A stretch of 64,000 nt of DNA from an uncultured Gemmatimonadota bacterium (GTDB taxonomy: Bacteria; GCA-2686955): contig CAZBBK010000001.1 in assembly GCA_964490075.1 (NCBI GenBank), positions 62,001 to 126,000 on the forward strand, read 5' to 3'. Shown piece after piece: positions 29,918-41,904 of this stretch. The translations under genes were made by a program, and so were the position numbers. Each line of letters begins with the position of its first letter. The stretch's first letter is position 1. The notes beneath the pieces were generated by a model, which searched no databases, was not told the DNA's origin, and was given only the letters and a program-made list of their open reading frames with translations.

Positions 29918-31444
29918 TCAGAACGAGAAGACTTCGACCGGCCGGGGCCAGGAGGATACCGCCGCCAGGAGGTCGTCGTGAGTCTCTCGTTGGGCGCGAT
30001 CGATGGCCCGCGCGTCGATCCACAGGCGCCGGTTCTCGGCGCACAGGACGGCCCGACTCTCCGCTCCCAGCAGCGAGCGAAAGCCGACGAACCAGACATC
30101 GCCGGCGCCGGGGTGGGCCAGGGGGACGAGGGTGCGTTCGCCCTCTCCCCTGGTGGCGATCTCGACCGGCGCGAACTCCTCGGCCCGTGCTCCCATCAAG
30201 TTGCGCGAGAGGACCACCAGGCTGCCCTGCGGGAAGCCTCGATCGATCAAGAGGCCCGGGTAGTCGCGATGCAGGCGCCCCTCGCGCACCTGCTCGACGA
30301 CCCGACCCGACACCAGGTCGAGGCGCACTCCGTCCTCTCCGACGGCGACCGGCGAGACGTCGACCACGGCCGCACACGCCGCCAGCAGCGCCGCCGCGCT
30401 CATCTGGCGCGGCGATGCGATCCGCGCCGCGAGGGCGATGAAGCAGATCGCCGCCGGCAGCAGATAGGCGGGATCGAGAGGCAGCCAGGCGAAGAGCACA
30501 CAGGAGGCCGCGAGACCGCTGAGCAGAGTCAGCTCCACCGCGCTCGGTCGCAGAGCCAGGCGCGCCAGGCGCAGGCGCGCACGCCGGGAGCGCGCCACCA
30601 GGAAGAGCGCGCCCGGCAGCACCAGCCCGGGAAGCAGCGCCGCAGAGCCCCGCAGCACCAGGCGCGCCAGGCGGCCCAGGGGACCGAAGGGGCGCTGCGC
30701 CGGCGACAGCGCGAGCATGCCGTAGCTCTGGAAGATGCTCCAGTATTCCGCCGCCAACACCAGACCCATGGCGGCCGCGAAAAGGCAGATTCGACCGAGC
30801 CCGGACCTCCGTCCGCCACCGCGGGCCAGGAGCGCGAGCGCGGCCGCGGGGACGAAGGCCAGGCTCCCGACGCGAAACCCTGCCGCGGCCCCCAGTAAAG
30901 CGCCCGCGATCAGCACCGACCGAAAACGCGCCGGTCCCGAGTCCCCCCTGCGCCGAAAGGGCAGCAGGAGGAAGATCGACGCCAGCGTGAGAGCTGCGGC
31001 CGGCACGTGGTCGGCGCCGTCGGCGGAGTGGGCCCAGAAGATCGGCAGCAAGGCGACCCAGCCCAGCAAGGGTCCACGCCAGGGCCGCGGAATCCCGACG
31101 CGCGCGCGCATTGCATCGACCAGGGCCAGGAGCAGCAGCCCCCAGAGCACGGTGACGGAGTTGGCGATCCACCAGCCGGCGACACCGAGGGCTTCGGCAA
31201 CGCGCAGCGAGGCGGCCACCTGCAGCTGGTGCAGCGGGTTGCCCGGGGCCCGCGCCATCATGGTTCGGCCCGACTCGAGCATCTGCCTGGCCACGCAGGC
31301 CACGTTCCAGTAGTCGCCGTCGCCGCCGTAGCCGGAGAGGAAGATCGGCGCGCGTGTCGCCGCGTAGACCACGACCAGCAGCGCGACCAGGATCGGACCC
31401 CGGCCGCGCCGCGCGGACAGCGGATGAGTATGCGTCGTGGACAT
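29918..31444 (-). CDS. Polytopic membrane protein, possibly a GT-C glycosyltransferase
   Basis: Many TM helices; acidic DGD in the first loop followed by RAPGNP; G.AAGFR. Start uncertain. Confidence 0.65.
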   Translation of the reverse strand: MSTTHTHPLSARRGRGPILVALLVVVYAATRAPIFLSGYGGDGDYWNVACVARQMLESGRTMMARAPGNPLHQLQVAASLRVAEALGVAGWWIANSVTVLWGLLLLALVDAMRARVGIPRPWRGPLLGWVALLPIFWAHSADGADHVPAAALTLASIFLLLPFRRRGDSGPARFRSVLIAGALLGAAAGFRVGSLAFVPAAALALLARGGGRRSGLGRICLFAAAMGLVLAAEYWSIFQSYGMLALSPAQRPFGPLGRLARLVLRGSAALLPGLVLPGALFLVARSRRARLRLARLALRPSAVELTLLSGLAASCVLFAWLPLDPAYLLPAAICFIALAARIASPRQMSAAALLAACAAVVDVSPVAVGEDGVRLDLVSGRVVEQVREGRLHRDYPGLLIDRGFPQGSLVVLSRNLMGARAEEFAPVEIATRGEGERTLVPLAHPGAGDVWFVGFRSLLGAESRAVLCAENRRLWIDARAIDRAQRETHDDLLAAVSSWPRPVEVFSF

Positions 31445-31614
31445 CGCGAAGAGTCGGACCGATGCTCGGGCCGGCATCGTCTGCAGTCCGGCCCCCCCCA
31501 ACAAGAGCTATCGTCCCAACGTCAAGTCTCTACAGGTCTTCCAGACGCATGGCGGCCCGCCGGAGCTGTTTCCGGCAGGCCGCGAGCGGAGTGGAGCGAA
31601 TTCGCGGATTCGGG

Positions 31615-33471
31615 CTACTGAACGTCGACCACGAAGGAGTCGCTGGAGAGCTCCGCGCCGTCGAGGAGCAGCGTCACCTCGACCGTGTAGAGACCGGTCG
31701 GAGCGGTCAGGGGCACACCCAGATTGACCGGCGCCGAGACCGAGGATCCGGAATCGACCGCCATGTCGGCGCCGTCGTAGAGCGGCTTGACCAGCGCCGC
31801 GGGACCGGTGACGTTCATCACCGCCTCGTCGAAGGAGCGCGTGCCGTCGCAATCGTTCACAGCTGATGCCGTGAACGAAAGGGTCTGACCGCGATCGATC
31901 GTCGCCGGGGCGCCGGTGATCTCCGACTCGAGGTCGCAGGGGGCGGCGCTGACGGTGATCGGGGCGGCATCCCAGCCGTCCGAATCGTTGTCGTCGCTGT
32001 TGCCGTCGGTGGCGTCATCGTAGATGACACCGATCCAGTAGTCCCCCGCCGGGGTGTCGACCGGAATCGTGACCTGCACCATGTTGACGCGAACCGAGCT
32101 CACGGCCGAGAAGTCCCAGCTGTAGTACTGGGTCCCCAGGAAGGTGTCGAACTCGGTGATGTTGTCGTTGGTCGACAGGTAGACGTCGAAGGCCCAGGTG
32201 TCGCTGGCGGTGCCGTTGGTGGGATTGACGGCCAGGTGGTTCAGCGTGGTGGTGCTCTGCCCGGCCTCGATCGTTGCCGGCTCGGCGTTGACGTCGAGCG
32301 CTTGCAGATCGAAGGTGGCGCCGCGCACGTTCGGGATGAAGGTGCCGTTGCTCCAGCTCACCCAGTCGTCCCACTGCCGGGCGTAGCGGCCGTAGGTGCT
32401 GCGGTCGGAGGTCGAGCAGATTCCGTGCACGTAGCGGTTGCCGTTGTCGATGTAGTAGGCGCCGCTGCCGCTCATGCCGCCCCAGACGGCGTTGAAGCAG
32501 CCGCCCGAGGTGTCGATCTGGAGACGGTTCCACGAGGGACAGGAATCCCAGTTGCCGTACCAGTAGTACATGTCGAGACCGTTGTGGAGCCCGGGATCGC
32601 CGCAGCCCTCGGCCGGGTAGCTGGCGCTGTGGTAGGTCTGTGATTCGTGCCAGCTGCAGTCGCCACCGTAGGCCCAGCCGAACCAACCGGTCAGCACGCC
32701 GACCGCGCGGGTCACGCCGATCAGGCCGACGTCGTAGTTGTAGTCGCCGTCGACGGTCCATCCGGTCCAGGAGCCGAAGTAGGTCCCCCGGGCCCAACCG
32801 TACTCACCAACCGAGTCGTCGGGCGGCAGTGCCCAGCCGTCGCCGTCGTAGCCCGGCATCACGTAGATCTCGTCGGCCCAGCCGCTGCTCTGGGAGTAGA
32901 CGCAGTGGCCGGCGGTCAACACTGTCTCGGCATCACGCATGGTGCCGGAGCAGACGGTCCACCCGGTGCCGCGGTGGATCAGCACCTTCACGTTCATGCG
33001 CCAGGGATGGCTGCCGACGTTGCTGATCAGCGACATATCGGAGTTCATGCTCTGCCAGTCGGCACCCTTTTCGATGCCGAAGCCCCCATCGGCGCCACCG
33101 TAGCCGCCGCCGAAGCCCGAAGTCTGGCCGAAGCTCTGCTCGTCCATGAACACTTCGAGCTCTTCACCGGTCGCGGGGTTGTAGAACACTCCCCACCCCG
33201 GTCCCACCTCTTGGTCGAGCTCGAAGCCCATATCGTCGTCCATCTGCTCGGGCGGGATCTGGTCGATCGGGGGGATGTTGGGCCGCTCGAGCGGCTGATC
33301 GGTACCGGGGCTGAAGACCATCGCGCCCGGAGTCGACTGGGTCGCGCCGACGCTCGGCGCCACTTGGCCGGCGTGCGCGGGGGAGATCGCAAACATCGAT
33401 GCGACGGGGGCGATGAGCATGGCGGCCTTGACGGTCGCGGGGAGCTGGGAAGCCTTACTGGTCCGTTCCAT
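31615..33471 (-). CDS. Secreted trypsin-like (V8/glutamyl-endopeptidase-like) serine protease with CARDB-like and C-terminal Ig-like domains
   Basis: GGAGG RBS before ATG 33471; signal ending AHA; CSG...LTAGHC, YDVG, GMSGSG; YLSTNDNIT..DT.LG. Confidence 0.9.
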   Translation of the reverse strand: MERTSKASQLPATVKAAMLIAPVASMFAISPAHAGQVAPSVGATQSTPGAMVFSPGTDQPLERPNIPPIDQIPPEQMDDDMGFELDQEVGPGWGVFYNPATGEELEVFMDEQSFGQTSGFGGGYGGADGGFGIEKGADWQSMNSDMSLISNVGSHPWRMNVKVLIHRGTGWTVCSGTMRDAETVLTAGHCVYSQSSGWADEIYVMPGYDGDGWALPPDDSVGEYGWARGTYFGSWTGWTVDGDYNYDVGLIGVTRAVGVLTGWFGWAYGGDCSWHESQTYHSASYPAEGCGDPGLHNGLDMYYWYGNWDSCPSWNRLQIDTSGGCFNAVWGGMSGSGAYYIDNGNRYVHGICSTSDRSTYGRYARQWDDWVSWSNGTFIPNVRGATFDLQALDVNAEPATIEAGQSTTTLNHLAVNPTNGTASDTWAFDVYLSTNDNITEFDTFLGTQYYSWDFSAVSSVRVNMVQVTIPVDTPAGDYWIGVIYDDATDGNSDDNDSDGWDAAPITVSAAPCDLESEITGAPATIDRGQTLSFTASAVNDCDGTRSFDEAVMNVTGPAALVKPLYDGADMAVDSGSSVSAPVNLGVPLTAPTGLYTVEVTLLLDGAELSSDSFVVDVQ

Positions 33472-33540
33472 GGATCCTCCAGTCACGTGGGACGGTACGG
33501 GACGCATTCGCACCGCGATCGGTGCATGGGCCCTTCCCGC

Positions 33541-33556
33541 CGCAACCGTCATGCCG
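33541..33556 (-). promoter_or_regulatory. Putative sigma-54 promoter for the trypsin-like protease
   Basis: CGGCATGACGGTTGCG on - with correct GG/GC spacing, 70 bp before ATG; TAACTCACTG IHF-like site at 33585-33594. Confidence 0.6.
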
Positions 33557-33713
33557 ATCGCGCCATGGACCGGAAGGAATCCGCTAACTCACTGCCGGGC
33601 CTTTGTTTGGCGAGCAGCGCCAGGGTTCCGAGAAAGAGCCGGGCGCGCTCACACCCCGGGGACCGGCAACTTTGGTGGACGAGGCGCGGGAACGAGCGTA
33701 GCCGGGCGCTCCG

Positions 33714-34988
33714 TCAATGCGAGCCCTTCTTGGGACGCAGCAAGGCTCCGGTCGCGACGTGCTGATTCCAGGTCGCCGGCGACCAGTCGTTGTCGATCTC
33801 GGTCATGGTGATGCAGCCGGGCACCGGGCAGACGATCTCGCACAGATTGCAGCCCACGCATTCGTCTTCGTCGACCACCGGCACGCGGCGCTCGCCCTCC
33901 GCGACCGGTTCGATGCACTGGTGCCCGCCGTCCCTGCAGGCCACCACACAGTCGTAGCAGCCGATGCAACGCTCGGCGTCGATGCGCGCCACCGATTCGA
34001 AGTTCATGTCGAGGTCGCCCCAGTCGCTGAACGCCGGCGCCGCGCCGCCGACGAAATCGTCCAGCTTCTGGAAGCCCTTGTCGCGCATGTAGACCTCGAG
34101 CCCTTCGATCATGTCTTCGACGATCCGGTAGCCGCGCAGCATCACCTCTGTGCAAACCTGTACGCAACACGATCCGAGCAGCATGAACTCCACCGCGTCG
34201 CGCCAGTTGGAGATGCCACCGATGCCGCTGATCGGCAGCTTGAACTCGGGATCGCCCGCCAGCGCGCCGACCATCTGCAGCGCGATCGGCTTCACCGCCG
34301 GCCCGCAGTAGCCGCCGTTGGTGCCGAGCTCGCCGACGATCGGCGCCGGTATCATGCGGTCGATGTCGACGCTGACGATGCTCTTGATGGTGTTGATCAG
34401 GCTGACCGCGTGGGCGCCGCCGCGCTGCGCCGCCCGACCGTGGGGACGAATATCGTGCACGTTGGGCGTCAGCTTGACGATCACCGGCACGCTCGAATGG
34501 CGCACCGCCCACGAAGTGATCCGCTCGTTGACCTTCGGCTCCTGGCCGACCGCCGAGCCCATGCCGCGCTCGCACATGCCGTGCGGACAGCCGAAGTTCA
34601 GCTCCAGACCGTCGGCGCCGGCGTCGATCGAGCGCTGGATGATCTCCTTCCACTCCTGCTCCGACTCCACCATCAGGCTGACGACGATCGCGTGATCGGG
34701 GTAGCGTTTCTTGACCTCTTCGATCTCGCGGAAGTTGGTCTCCAGCGACCGGTCGGTGATCAGCTCGATGTTGTTGAACCCGATCGCCCGGGTGCCGCGG
34801 TAGTGGTGCCCGCCGAAGCGGCTGGAGACGTTTTGGATCGGCTGTCCGAGGGTCTTCCAGACCGCTCCGCCCCAGCCGGCGTCGAAGGCCCGCATCACCT
34901 GCTCGCCTGAGTTGCTGGGCGGCGCCGAGGCCAACCAGAAGGGGTTGGGCGAGACGATTCCCGCGCAGTTCGCTCTCAGATCGGGCAT
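33714..34988 (-). CDS. preA: NAD-dependent dihydropyrimidine dehydrogenase subunit PreA
   Basis: SPNPFWLASAPP, NNIELITDR, ELNFGCPHGM.ERGMG, KLTPN, GGYCGPAVKP, two C-terminal CxxCxxCxxxC ferredoxin motifs. Confidence 0.96.
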   Translation of the reverse strand: MPDLRANCAGIVSPNPFWLASAPPSNSGEQVMRAFDAGWGGAVWKTLGQPIQNVSSRFGGHHYRGTRAIGFNNIELITDRSLETNFREIEEVKKRYPDHAIVVSLMVESEQEWKEIIQRSIDAGADGLELNFGCPHGMCERGMGSAVGQEPKVNERITSWAVRHSSVPVIVKLTPNVHDIRPHGRAAQRGGAHAVSLINTIKSIVSVDIDRMIPAPIVGELGTNGGYCGPAVKPIALQMVGALAGDPEFKLPISGIGGISNWRDAVEFMLLGSCCVQVCTEVMLRGYRIVEDMIEGLEVYMRDKGFQKLDDFVGGAAPAFSDWGDLDMNFESVARIDAERCIGCYDCVVACRDGGHQCIEPVAEGERRVPVVDEDECVGCNLCEIVCPVPGCITMTEIDNDWSPATWNQHVATGALLRPKKGSH

Positions 34989-36295
34989 CACTTCTCTCCC
35001 ATCAGGTAGCGGTCGATCGCCTCGGCGGCCCGCTTGCCTTCGAAGGCGGCGTTCACCACCTCTTTGCCGCCGTTGGTGCAATCCCCGCCGGCGAACACCC
35101 CCGGGCGGCCGGTGGCGCCCGAGCCGTCGATGCGGATACAACCGGCATCGATCTCGATGCCGGCTGCCTCGGCGACCAGCGCGCCCAGTGTCTGCTGCCC
35201 GAGCGCAAGCAGGACCAGGTCGCACCGCAGCTCGTGCTCGGAACCCTCGATGGCGCGCTTGGCCTCGTCGGTCTTCAGGCACTTCAGGGCGTTCACCCGC
35301 TGCTCGCCCAGGTATTCGATCGGCTGGGTCCGCCAGTGGGCGCGCACTCCTTCCATCTTGGCGGCACTCCATTCGTGCGCGTAGCCGGGCTTCACCTCCT
35401 CGCGGCCGCGATAGACCAGCCGCACGTCGTTCACGCCGAGCCCGGCCAGCTCACGCACCGCGTCGAGCGCGGTGTTGCCGCCGCCGAGGACCACGGCGTG
35501 CTCCACGCCCTCCAGATCGACCCGGCCGAGCTTCAGCCGCTCGATGAAGGAGAGCGCCCCCTGCACGCCCTCGAGATCGGCGCCCGGCAGCGACAGAAAT
35601 GTGTCGTCGCCGAGCCCGATTCCGATGAACACCGCGTCGTGCGCCCCTTCGAGATCGTCGACTCCAAAGTCCTTGCCCAGCTCCACGCCGATCTTCAGCT
35701 CGACACCACCGATCCCCAGCACCCACTGCGCCTCTGCGGCCGCCGCATCGGCGCGCATCTTGTAGGGTGCGATGCCGAAGGTGTTCAGACCGCCGAGCAG
35801 CTCGCGCTTCTCGTAGATCGTGCACGCATGGCCCCGGCGCCGCAGCTCGTGGGCGGCCGCCAGAGAGGCCGGTCCGCCGCCGACCAGGGCAACGCTCTTG
35901 CCGCTCGGCGCGCCGGCCTCGAAGTAACGCCAGCCCTCACCGTAGGCGTGGTCGGTGACGAAGCGTTGCAGCTTGCCGATCTGGATCGGAGCGACCCCTT
36001 GCTCGTTGTGCACGCAGGCCGCCACGCAGGAGGTCTCCACCGGGCAGATCCGCGCGCAGCTCATGCCCAGGATGTTGGCCGAAAAGATGGTGCGAGCGGA
36101 GCCCCAGAAGTTGCCGGTGGTGATCTTGCGGATGAACTGCGGCACGTCGATCGAGGTCGGACAGGCAGCGATGCAGGGCGCATCCTCGCAATAGAGACAA
36201 CGCTCGGCTTCTATGCGCGCCTGGTGCTCGCCATAGGGCGGCTTGAATTCTTCGAATCGGGTCTCGTCGCGCTGCGTGGAAAGGTCTCGAATCAT
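34988..36295 (-). CDS. preT: Dihydropyrimidine dehydrogenase subunit PreT (GltD-like flavoprotein)
   Basis: EAERCLYCEDAPC..ACP, GGGPA, GGGNTALD, FAGGDC; stop overlaps the preA start. Confidence 0.92.
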   Translation of the reverse strand: MIRDLSTQRDETRFEEFKPPYGEHQARIEAERCLYCEDAPCIAACPTSIDVPQFIRKITTGNFWGSARTIFSANILGMSCARICPVETSCVAACVHNEQGVAPIQIGKLQRFVTDHAYGEGWRYFEAGAPSGKSVALVGGGPASLAAAHELRRRGHACTIYEKRELLGGLNTFGIAPYKMRADAAAAEAQWVLGIGGVELKIGVELGKDFGVDDLEGAHDAVFIGIGLGDDTFLSLPGADLEGVQGALSFIERLKLGRVDLEGVEHAVVLGGGNTALDAVRELAGLGVNDVRLVYRGREEVKPGYAHEWSAAKMEGVRAHWRTQPIEYLGEQRVNALKCLKTDEAKRAIEGSEHELRCDLVLLALGQQTLGALVAEAAGIEIDAGCIRIDGSGATGRPGVFAGGDCTNGGKEVVNAAFEGKRAAEAIDRYLMGEK

Positions 36296-36317
36296 GTTGC
36301 CTCCGAAGCCCCGGCGC

Positions 36318-37637
36318 TCAGCCTTCGAACACCCGGTCGGTGATATCGAGGGCGGCATCGATGATCTCGAAGCCCTCTTTGAGCTGCGCCTCGTTGATGC
36401 ACAGAGGTGGATTGCACATGATGTGGCTCCACCGTACGAAGGTGAACAGGCCCCTGTCGCGCAGGAACTTGGCCAGCTCGCCCATGGCCGGATGGGCGCC
36501 GTTGTAGGGGCAGATCAACTCGCCGGCGGCGTTCTTGCGGATATCGAGCATGCCGAAGAGCCCGATCGCGCGCCCCTCCTTGAGCGAAGGATGCTTGGCC
36601 CGCAGGCGCTCCATTTCGGCCCGCATCACCCCTTCCATGCGCGCCGCGTTCTCCACCAGACCCTCTTCCAACAGAACGTCGATGACCGCATCGGCCACCG
36701 CCAGAGACAGGGCGTGCGAGTTGTAGGTCAGGCCGCCCCAGTAGACGTTGTTTTCGAAGTGCTCGGCGATTCTATCGCTCACTCCCATGGCGCCGAGCGG
36801 CGCATAGGCTGAGGTCAGCCCCTTGGCCATGGTGACGATGTCGGGAACGATGTCGTAGTGCTCGAAGGCGAAGAGCTTGCCGGTCCGTCCCCAACCGCAC
36901 ATCACCTCGTCGCAGACCAGGAGGATTCCGTGGCGGTCCAGCAGCTCCTTCAATCTCGGCAGGTAGCCGGCCGGCGGCGGCTGAATGCCGTTGGTGCCGA
37001 TCACCGTCTCCACGAACATCGCGGCGATCGTCTCCGGCCCCTCGTAGTGAATCGTCTCCTCCAGGTAGCGCAGATGGTTGTCGGCCATCTCGCCTTCGCT
37101 TGCGCCGAAGGAGTAGTCGTAGGGACGGGGATCGAGCACGTGGATGATCCCCGGCATGCCGGGCTCGTTGGCCAGCCGTCGCGGATCGCCGGTGAGCTGC
37201 ATACAGGCGTTGGTGCCGCCGTGATAGCTGCGGTAGCGGGCCAGGATCTTGGACCGTCCGGTGAAAAGGCGAACCGTGCGGATGGCGTTCTCATTCGCCT
37301 CGGCCCCGCCCAGCGTGAAGAAGAAGGTGTTGATGTCGCCCGGAACCAGCTCGGCCAGCCGCTGGGACAATCGGGCTCGAATCTCCGTCGCGGTGCCGGG
37401 ATAGACGTAGGCGAACTTCTTCATCTGGCGCTCGATCGCCTCGAGCACCTTGGGATGGCCGTGGCCGATGTTGACGCACATCAGCTGACTGTTGAAGTCG
37501 AGAATTCGCTCCCCTTCGGGGGTATAGAGGTACACCCCCTGCGCGCGCTCGACCGGGATCGGATCGACGGCGCCGGTGGCCGCCCAGGTGTACATGGTGT
37601 GCTGCTTGCACAGTCGGACCATCTCTTCGGAGTTCAT
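36318..37637 (-). CDS. Class III aminotransferase, probable beta-alanine/beta-aminoisobutyrate transaminase
   Basis: LDFNSQL, GGAEANE, YRSYHG, DEVMCGWGRTG, PDIVTMAKG; operon context. Confidence 0.9.
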   Translation of the reverse strand: MNSEEMVRLCKQHTMYTWAATGAVDPIPVERAQGVYLYTPEGERILDFNSQLMCVNIGHGHPKVLEAIERQMKKFAYVYPGTATEIRARLSQRLAELVPGDINTFFFTLGGAEANENAIRTVRLFTGRSKILARYRSYHGGTNACMQLTGDPRRLANEPGMPGIIHVLDPRPYDYSFGASEGEMADNHLRYLEETIHYEGPETIAAMFVETVIGTNGIQPPPAGYLPRLKELLDRHGILLVCDEVMCGWGRTGKLFAFEHYDIVPDIVTMAKGLTSAYAPLGAMGVSDRIAEHFENNVYWGGLTYNSHALSLAVADAVIDVLLEEGLVENAARMEGVMRAEMERLRAKHPSLKEGRAIGLFGMLDIRKNAAGELICPYNGAHPAMGELAKFLRDRGLFTFVRWSHIMCNPPLCINEAQLKEGFEIIDAALDITDRVFEG

Positions 37638-37651
37638 CTCGTCCTCGATTC

Positions 37652-39142
37652 TCAGCTCATCCAGGTCGCGTCCTTGGCGATCTCCCAACGGGCGGTCACC
37701 TTGCGCGGCCGGGTCCAGAAGCGGAAGCCATCGTATCCGGTCATGTCGCCGTGGCCGAACTTGCTGTCGTTCCAGCCGCCGAAGGCGAAGGGCTCGCGCG
37801 GCACCGGAACGCCGATGTTCACGCCGCACATGCCGGCCGAGAAGCGCTCGATGGCGTAGCGTGCCACCGCGCCGTTGGTGGTAAAGATCGCCGCCGCGTT
37901 GCCGTAGGGGTTGGCGTTCTCGATCTCGAGCGCCTGGTCGAGGGTATCGACGCGGATGATCGACAGCACCGGCCCGAAGATCTCTTCGCGTCCGGCCGGC
38001 ATCTCGGTCGTGACTTGATCGATGATCGTCGGACCCACCCAGTATCCCTCGTGGCCCGGCACCTTCGCGCCGCGACCATCGACGATCACCTTCGCACCCA
38101 TGTTCTCCGCCTGGTCGATATAGCCGGTGATGCGCTCCGCGGCGGCCGCGTTGATGATGCAGCCCATGTCGGTGCCGAGCTCGATCGCCTCGGCCTTCTG
38201 CGCCATGCGGTCGATCACCGCCTGCACGTCGCCCACCGCGAGCATCACCGAAGCCGCCATGCAGCGCTGTCCGGAGCAACCGAACGATGATGCCACCACC
38301 GTTTCCGCGGTCAGCTCCAGGTCGGTCTCGGGAACCACCACCAGGTGGTTCTTGGCGCCGCCCAGACAGAGCATGCGCTTGCCGCTCTTGCTGCCCCGCT
38401 CGTAGACGATCTTGGCAACCTTGGTCGAACCGACGAATCCGACCGCCTTGATATCCGGGTGATCGACGATCGCTTCGACCACGGGCTTGGTGCCGTTGAC
38501 GACATTCAGCACGCCGTCGGGCAGCCCCGCCTCCTGCAGCAGCTGCGCCAGCCGCATGGCGCCGTAGGGCACCTGCTCCGAGGGCTTCAGCACGAAGGTG
38601 TTGCCACCGGTGAGGGCCTGCGGCAGCATCCACAGTGGCACCATGGTCGGGAAGTTGAAGGGCACGATCCCGGCACAGACGCCGAGCGGCGCATAGCCGA
38701 CCTCGCAATTGATACCGCGGCTGACGTCGAGCTGCTGGCCATGGGCGATATTCGGCAGCGAGGCGCCGAATTCCACGCACTCGATCCCCTTCACCACGCT
38801 GCCCTTGGCCTGGGCGTAGACCTTGCCGTTCTCGTGGCTGAGCAGCCAGGTCAGCTCCTCGACGTCGCGCTCCATGAGCTGCTTGAGCCGGAACATCACC
38901 TGCGCGCGCTCCTTCAAGGGCGTATCGCGCCAGGCCGGGAAGGCCGCCTTGGCCGCCGCCACCGCCCGCGCCACGTCGGAGGATCCGGACAACGTCACCG
39001 TCCCCAGGGCCTGGGCGTGGCGCGGGTTGATGACCTCGAGGGTCTCACCCTGATCGGCCGCGACCCACTGGCCGTCGATCCAGTTCAGACAATCGACGTA
39101 GGGCGTGAACTCGTAACTGCGGGCGGGGAATGTGAAGGACAT
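37652..39142 (-). CDS. mmsA: CoA-acylating (methyl)malonate-semialdehyde dehydrogenase
   Basis: PFNFP, LKPSE, FVGST, GGAKNH, GQRCMA, EIFGPV, VNIGVPVP. Confidence 0.95.
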   Translation of the reverse strand: MSFTFPARSYEFTPYVDCLNWIDGQWVAADQGETLEVINPRHAQALGTVTLSGSSDVARAVAAAKAAFPAWRDTPLKERAQVMFRLKQLMERDVEELTWLLSHENGKVYAQAKGSVVKGIECVEFGASLPNIAHGQQLDVSRGINCEVGYAPLGVCAGIVPFNFPTMVPLWMLPQALTGGNTFVLKPSEQVPYGAMRLAQLLQEAGLPDGVLNVVNGTKPVVEAIVDHPDIKAVGFVGSTKVAKIVYERGSKSGKRMLCLGGAKNHLVVVPETDLELTAETVVASSFGCSGQRCMAASVMLAVGDVQAVIDRMAQKAEAIELGTDMGCIINAAAAERITGYIDQAENMGAKVIVDGRGAKVPGHEGYWVGPTIIDQVTTEMPAGREEIFGPVLSIIRVDTLDQALEIENANPYGNAAAIFTTNGAVARYAIERFSAGMCGVNIGVPVPREPFAFGGWNDSKFGHGDMTGYDGFRFWTRPRKVTARWEIAKDATWMS

Positions 39143-39146
39143 GGAG

Positions 39147-40604
<1,458 letters not shown>

Positions 40605-40635
40605 GGTCCCCCTTCTGGCGGCAGCGCGACGGAAC

Positions 40636-41502
40636 CTAGGGGCGATGCAGCTCGGGATAGGCGTCCGGGCGGCGGTCGCGGAAGAACTGCCAGACTTTGC
40701 GCACCTCGTCGATCATCTCCAGATCGAGATCGGCCACCACCAGCTCGTCATCGTCCTCCGAAGCTGTAGCGAGGAACTCCCCGCGGGGATTGACGAAGTA
40801 GCTGGTGCCGTAGAACTTGCCGATGTTCCAGGGGGCCTCGCTGCCGACCCGGTTGATGGCGCCCAGGTAGTAGCCGTTGGCCACCGCGTGGGCCGGCTGC
40901 TCCAGCTTCCAGAGGTATTGGCTCAGTCCGGCCACGGTGGCGCTCGGGTTGAACACGATCTCGGCGCCGTTCAGCCCCAGACAGCGAGCCCCTTCGGGGA
41001 AGTGCCGGTCGTAACAGATGTAGACGCCGACCTTGGCGTACTTGGTCTCGAAGATCGGGTAGCCGCCGTTGCCGGGCTTGAAGAAGAACTTCTCCCAGAA
41101 GCCGGAGGTCTGCGGAATATGCTGCTTGCGGTACTTGCCGAGGTAGCTGCCGTCGGCGTCGATGACGGCGGCGCTGTTGTAGTAGACGCCGCGCATCTCC
41201 TTCTCATAGATCGGCACCACGATCACCATGGAGTGCCGCTTGGCATAGCTCTGCATGATCTCGGTCATCGGGCCCGGGATCGGCTCGGCGGCGTCGTACC
41301 AACGGACATCCTGGCTGGGACAGAAGTAGGGGCCGTTGAAGATCTCCTGCAAGCAGAGGATCTGAACCCCCCGGTCCCCGGCCTGATCGATGAAGGGAAG
41401 GTGCTTGTCGAGCGCGGCGCGCTGGATCTCGGCGACCGGAACCGACTCGTCGTTGATCGGGTTGGCGCACTGAATCAAGCCGCATTTGACGATCTGGCTC
41501 AT
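40636..41502 (-). CDS. Beta-ureidopropionase / N-carbamoyl-beta-alanine amidohydrolase (nitrilase superfamily)
   Basis: AGGAG RBS; CLQEIF, YRKQHIP, ICYDRHFPE (Glu-Lys-Cys triad), FFRDRRP; first gene of the pyrimidine operon. Confidence 0.92.
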   Translation of the reverse strand: MSQIVKCGLIQCANPINDESVPVAEIQRAALDKHLPFIDQAGDRGVQILCLQEIFNGPYFCPSQDVRWYDAAEPIPGPMTEIMQSYAKRHSMVIVVPIYEKEMRGVYYNSAAVIDADGSYLGKYRKQHIPQTSGFWEKFFFKPGNGGYPIFETKYAKVGVYICYDRHFPEGARCLGLNGAEIVFNPSATVAGLSQYLWKLEQPAHAVANGYYLGAINRVGSEAPWNIGKFYGTSYFVNPRGEFLATASEDDDELVVADLDLEMIDEVRKVWQFFRDRRPDAYPELHRP

Positions 41503-41904
41503 TGGCTTCTCCTGGCTTCCGGGGCGCGGGGCCGGGCCCCACGAGTCGATGCGAAACTTCGATAAATACCGGAGAGCGCTTCGATTCGCAAGGGTTTGGG
41601 CGGTTCGTTGGGGTTTCGATGTGGGGCTGCGTCCGAGTCCGACGCGGCTGCCGAAGCTGCGGCTCGCGATTCAAGCTCAGGCCGCGCTCGCCGCGTCACG
41701 ACTCCGTGATCTCGATCGAGAGCCGCGAGTTTCGACGCAAATGCGGCCGTAATTCGGCCTCCTTCCGCGTGAGCGCCAGGTTGTGTCGCAAATAAAGCCC
41801 TCACTCCGCACTCTCAGTCGAGAGAGCTGAGTTGTGACGCGATAAGGCGTCATGCCTCGCTCTTCAGATCGCAGTACGCGGTTCTGTGTCGAGGAACGCG
41901 GCGA

